Of a stretch of 64,000 bases of DNA, positions 59,237-64,000 are shown in pieces. This stretch comes from the human T2T-CHM13v2.0 reference genome, Homo sapiens, in assembly GCF_009914755.1 (NCBI RefSeq), contig NC_060932.1. One strand, 5' to 3'. The notes beneath the pieces were generated by a model. That model ran no database searches. It was given only the letters and a program-made list of their open reading frames with translations, and was not told the DNA's origin. Within the stretch, counting starts at the first letter, position 1; each line of letters starts with the position of its first letter. A program made the position numbers and the translations under genes.

Positions 59237-60300
59237 TAAATACACAAGTATTTATTGTGCATTATGTAATATACAATACACATAAATTGTTGAATTTATG
59301 CAGGCTGATTTACCCAACAAAACCACTAATCACCACTAGTAACTAAATACAGAACTCAATTTTCTCTACCTATACTTTTAGTCAAATACATTTTAAATAT
59401 TTACATGATCTTATTCTTTAAAAGATGAGATAATTTAAAAAAAAGATGAGATAATTAACTCTAAGGTGAAAAAAGAAAATTTTAAAATGGAAAATACTGG
59501 TAATATCAAGTGTTGGAGTGGATGTGGACCAATAGGGAAGATTTATGCAATGGTGGTGGGAATATAAATTACTGCAATGACTTTGAAAAACAATCTGGCA
59601 TTATTTTGCAAAACTGAATATTTACATATTCTAACACCCAATAATTACAACTATGTGTCTATACCTTAGAGTGGTGGTTCTCAAATGTGTGATCCTGTCA
59701 CCTGCAGCATCTGAACCACATTTCACCTGCAAATTAAAAATGTACATTCCTACCCCACCCCAGACCTACTGAATATTAATCTTTGGGGATGAAGTCCAGC
59801 AGTTTTCTCAAGTCCTCCTCCTCCTCCAAGTGACTCTGATGCATGCTAAAGTTTGATTAACTACCTCCCTAGAAAAATGCTTGCTGCTGTGTGCCAGGAT
59901 ACATATACAGAAATATTCATGACAGCACTGTCAATTTAACAACAAAATATAAAGAAAATAAACAACCTAATGTCCACTGACAGGAATATCATGGTAGTAT
60001 TTGTATAACATGTACTTTAATAAAGCAGTAAAAATGAATAAATTATCACTATGTCAGATATTATGGTTGGAAGAGAATTATACTGAACGAAAAAAGCAAG
60101 GACTGGCCTGGCATGATGGCTCATGCCTGTAGTCGCAGCACCTTGGGAGACTGAGGAAGGAGGACTGCTTGAGGCCAGGAGTTTGAGACCAGTCTGGGCA
60201 ATATAGGAAGACATTGTCTCCACAAAAAACTATATACAGTATAATATCAATTTGAGATACTGTATGTCCCGAAGCTGATTTTTTAAAAATGTAACTTAGT

Positions 60301-60889
<589 letters not shown>

Positions 60890-61248
60890 GGTAATTTAGT
60901 TATGCATATATATGTGACAAAACTATTTAAAAACACACGGCAAAGAGAAAAACAAAACAGGAGTACAGGAACATGGATAAACACATTATGTTATTGATAA
61001 CATGCTACTTCTTGGGTTATCTGGCAGATTTACAGATGTTTGCTATATTATGTTCCTCTTTTTATGTATATTCTTTATTGTATTCTTTTCTATGTATCAA
61101 ATATATTAAGAAATGTTCAAGCTTAAAAAGTGGGCCCTCACTAGGTTCTTATTAATGTTTAGCCTTCAGAGGCAGAGGTTCAGATAAATTTTCACCTTTC
61201 TCCAACTCTAACAACGTAATGGATTCAAACCTGGATACTTACTACTAA

Positions 61249-61566
<318 letters not shown>

Positions 61567-62162
61567 TGAATGAATGAATGATGAATTAATCAGTATACAA
61601 AAGGCCTAGGACTTGCACAGCTCATTATTGAATATTCTGAAGTAAAAAAAGCACTCTGTGTTCAAGACGTATAGAAACTCTGCACTGACATTAAGTTGCT
61701 CAGAAGCCACACACTGCATGCAGATGTGCAAGTCCCCATTTCAATTTCCTTAATGCCAACTCTTACAGGGAATATTAAAAAGAATAACGAAAATGTTGAG
61801 GCACATGGAAAAAGGATGACAGGTACAAACAACATAACTGACTCTTTCGGAGCAGTTTTAAAAAACAAAAACAAAAAAAACCCTCAAAATTTAAACCAAA
61901 GATTCCAGTGATTAGAACTAAGGCCTTCAAATGTTTCTGACCACACACCCCATTGGTAACATACTTTTGGGCATGTACTCAAACATCTGTATATTTATGT
62001 ATTTATGAACTACATTCCACTGTTAGAAAGTACATGTTTTCCCAAATGATGAGGACTTTCAGTGACTCAGACTATGAATTAGCCACTAAGAATCTCCTAA
62101 ATATTTATCATTAAATTTAGTGAAATTCTGCCAAATACAGGATTGACTTTAAACATTAAAAT

Positions 62163-62500
<338 letters not shown>

Positions 62501-64000
62501 ACCAAAAAATCAGAAAAGAAAAAAATCTGAAGCCATTTGTCTTCATGCACTAGAACTTATTTCTAAATATCTTGCTAACTAGGATGACTCATCCTATCAA
62601 TGGCTAATATTTCAAAGAATAACATACACTTAGGGAGAGGCTGATTATTAATAGCAATTAATAAATAGGACTTCAAATATTCTTCTTTAAAACTCAGCAC
62701 TGTTTCAACTTCTCAGGTCCAAAGAGACCCACTCTTTTTTTAGTCTCATGGTTTATACATACTAGGAGAAGTGGCAGCTTCTGCCATTTCCTCATTGTTT
62801 ACTTGTGCTTGCATAATTAATATTGTCTCAAGCTGCAGTTTCTTTGAAGTAATCCTTTAAGATCACTTGGCATTTTGGTGAGGGTTAATTTGGTTAAAAC
62901 TAGATATAAATCTTAATGTGCCGGTTGTAAGCTTCCATATCACAATGTCAATGACAACCAATCTGTGAAGAAGACACTATTAACCTTTTCACATGTGAAG
63001 GCCGTCCCTTCTTACAGGAGACCTGAGACCAGCTGAATGTTCAGTGACTGGAGGCACCTGTGTCTTTCTAGATCGGAAAAATCAAGTTTTCACATTATTT
63101 TATATTTTTAAGTGTAAGATATAAACAAAAGGTATATTTCTTCCTGACCTCCAATAAATTGTCTTGGACACTGTCTGTGGTGTGTCATCTCACTCCAGAA
63201 ACCACAGTTTAGAGAATGCATAGCCCTCTCTCCAACGTCAAATACGTCCACCACTAGTTACATTCATTCAATACACAGACAATTCCTGGCGAGCATATAA
63301 CACAGCACCTTGGAAGAATTCTGTGCCTCTCCACGCCCTTCCCCAGGCTTCATAGTCTCACAGTCTGGTAACTACTAAACAAGCTATGAGAGGGAAACTT
63401 ACTTGAAAAAACAGAGATTATTCTTATAACCAGGAAACAAAAGCAGAAGCGAGGTAAGGGAGATAAAGTAAGTGGTACAGATATTCCAACTGGTGGATGG
63501 GAAATCAAATTCTATTCTATTTGAGTAGCACTTTTCCCAGCTTATTCTTAATGAACATTCATGTCATGATCATGCCAATCCAATTAGTCACTTTATATAT
63601 AAAAATGCAAGCTGTTATGTATTATGCAGCTCTTTTGTCAAATAAGAATAATTATAAATTTTTTTAATCAACTGAAGGGAGAGAAAACACTGCCAACGTC
63701 TTAGAATATGTTCATCAGCTGAGCAGTGAAGATCATGGCTTTGCTTCTTTTTATCTAGTACTCTCCAGTTTGGATTTTTACGTTGTAACATAAACATATT
63801 TATATTTAATTATTTGAGATGCATTTTCCCCAATCTTCTGAGATTCTCTAGCAGAATATTTTTAAAGTAAATAAAATTTAAATCCAAGAATCTAATCTAG
63901 TCAAAACTAGATAGCTTAAAAAAAAAATCCGTGTGAACAACAATATGGAAAGACCAACTCAGTTAATTTTTGACAACCAAATTGAGTGGATTTGGGAGAG

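Overview
Human genomic DNA; a human-specific AluYa5 is present, and the gene order matches the 8p21 DOCK5-GNRH1-KCTD9 locus. + strand: the last nine coding exons of DOCK5 (end of the DHR-2 Rac-GEF domain plus Ser/Pro-rich tail, stop at 18510) and a ~4.4 kb 3'UTR. - strand: the complete GNRH1 gene (4 exons, 92-aa prepro-GnRH, Ser16 allele) and KCTD9 exons 2-12 (N-terminal KHA-like region, BTB domain, pentapeptide repeats; exon 1 lies beyond the window). All exon boundaries were placed by hand at GT/AG, and their phases join into continuous reading frames. The rest is intronic or intergenic, rich in Alu, L1, MER and LTR repeats. I cannot support a new gene or a prokaryote-type system here. Best leads: (1) an intact MLT2A solo LTR pointing into GNRH1, with TATA, DUX/OTX-like motifs, a splice donor and an ATG that would be in frame with prepro-GnRH; (2) a 146-bp templated insertion at the tip of a 52-bp palindrome in KCTD9 intron 1; (3) all four KCTD9 introns at the pentapeptide domain fall at the same repeat register; (4) a nested-palindrome patch in a DOCK5 intron; (5) atypical Alus (tailless, fold-back fusion).
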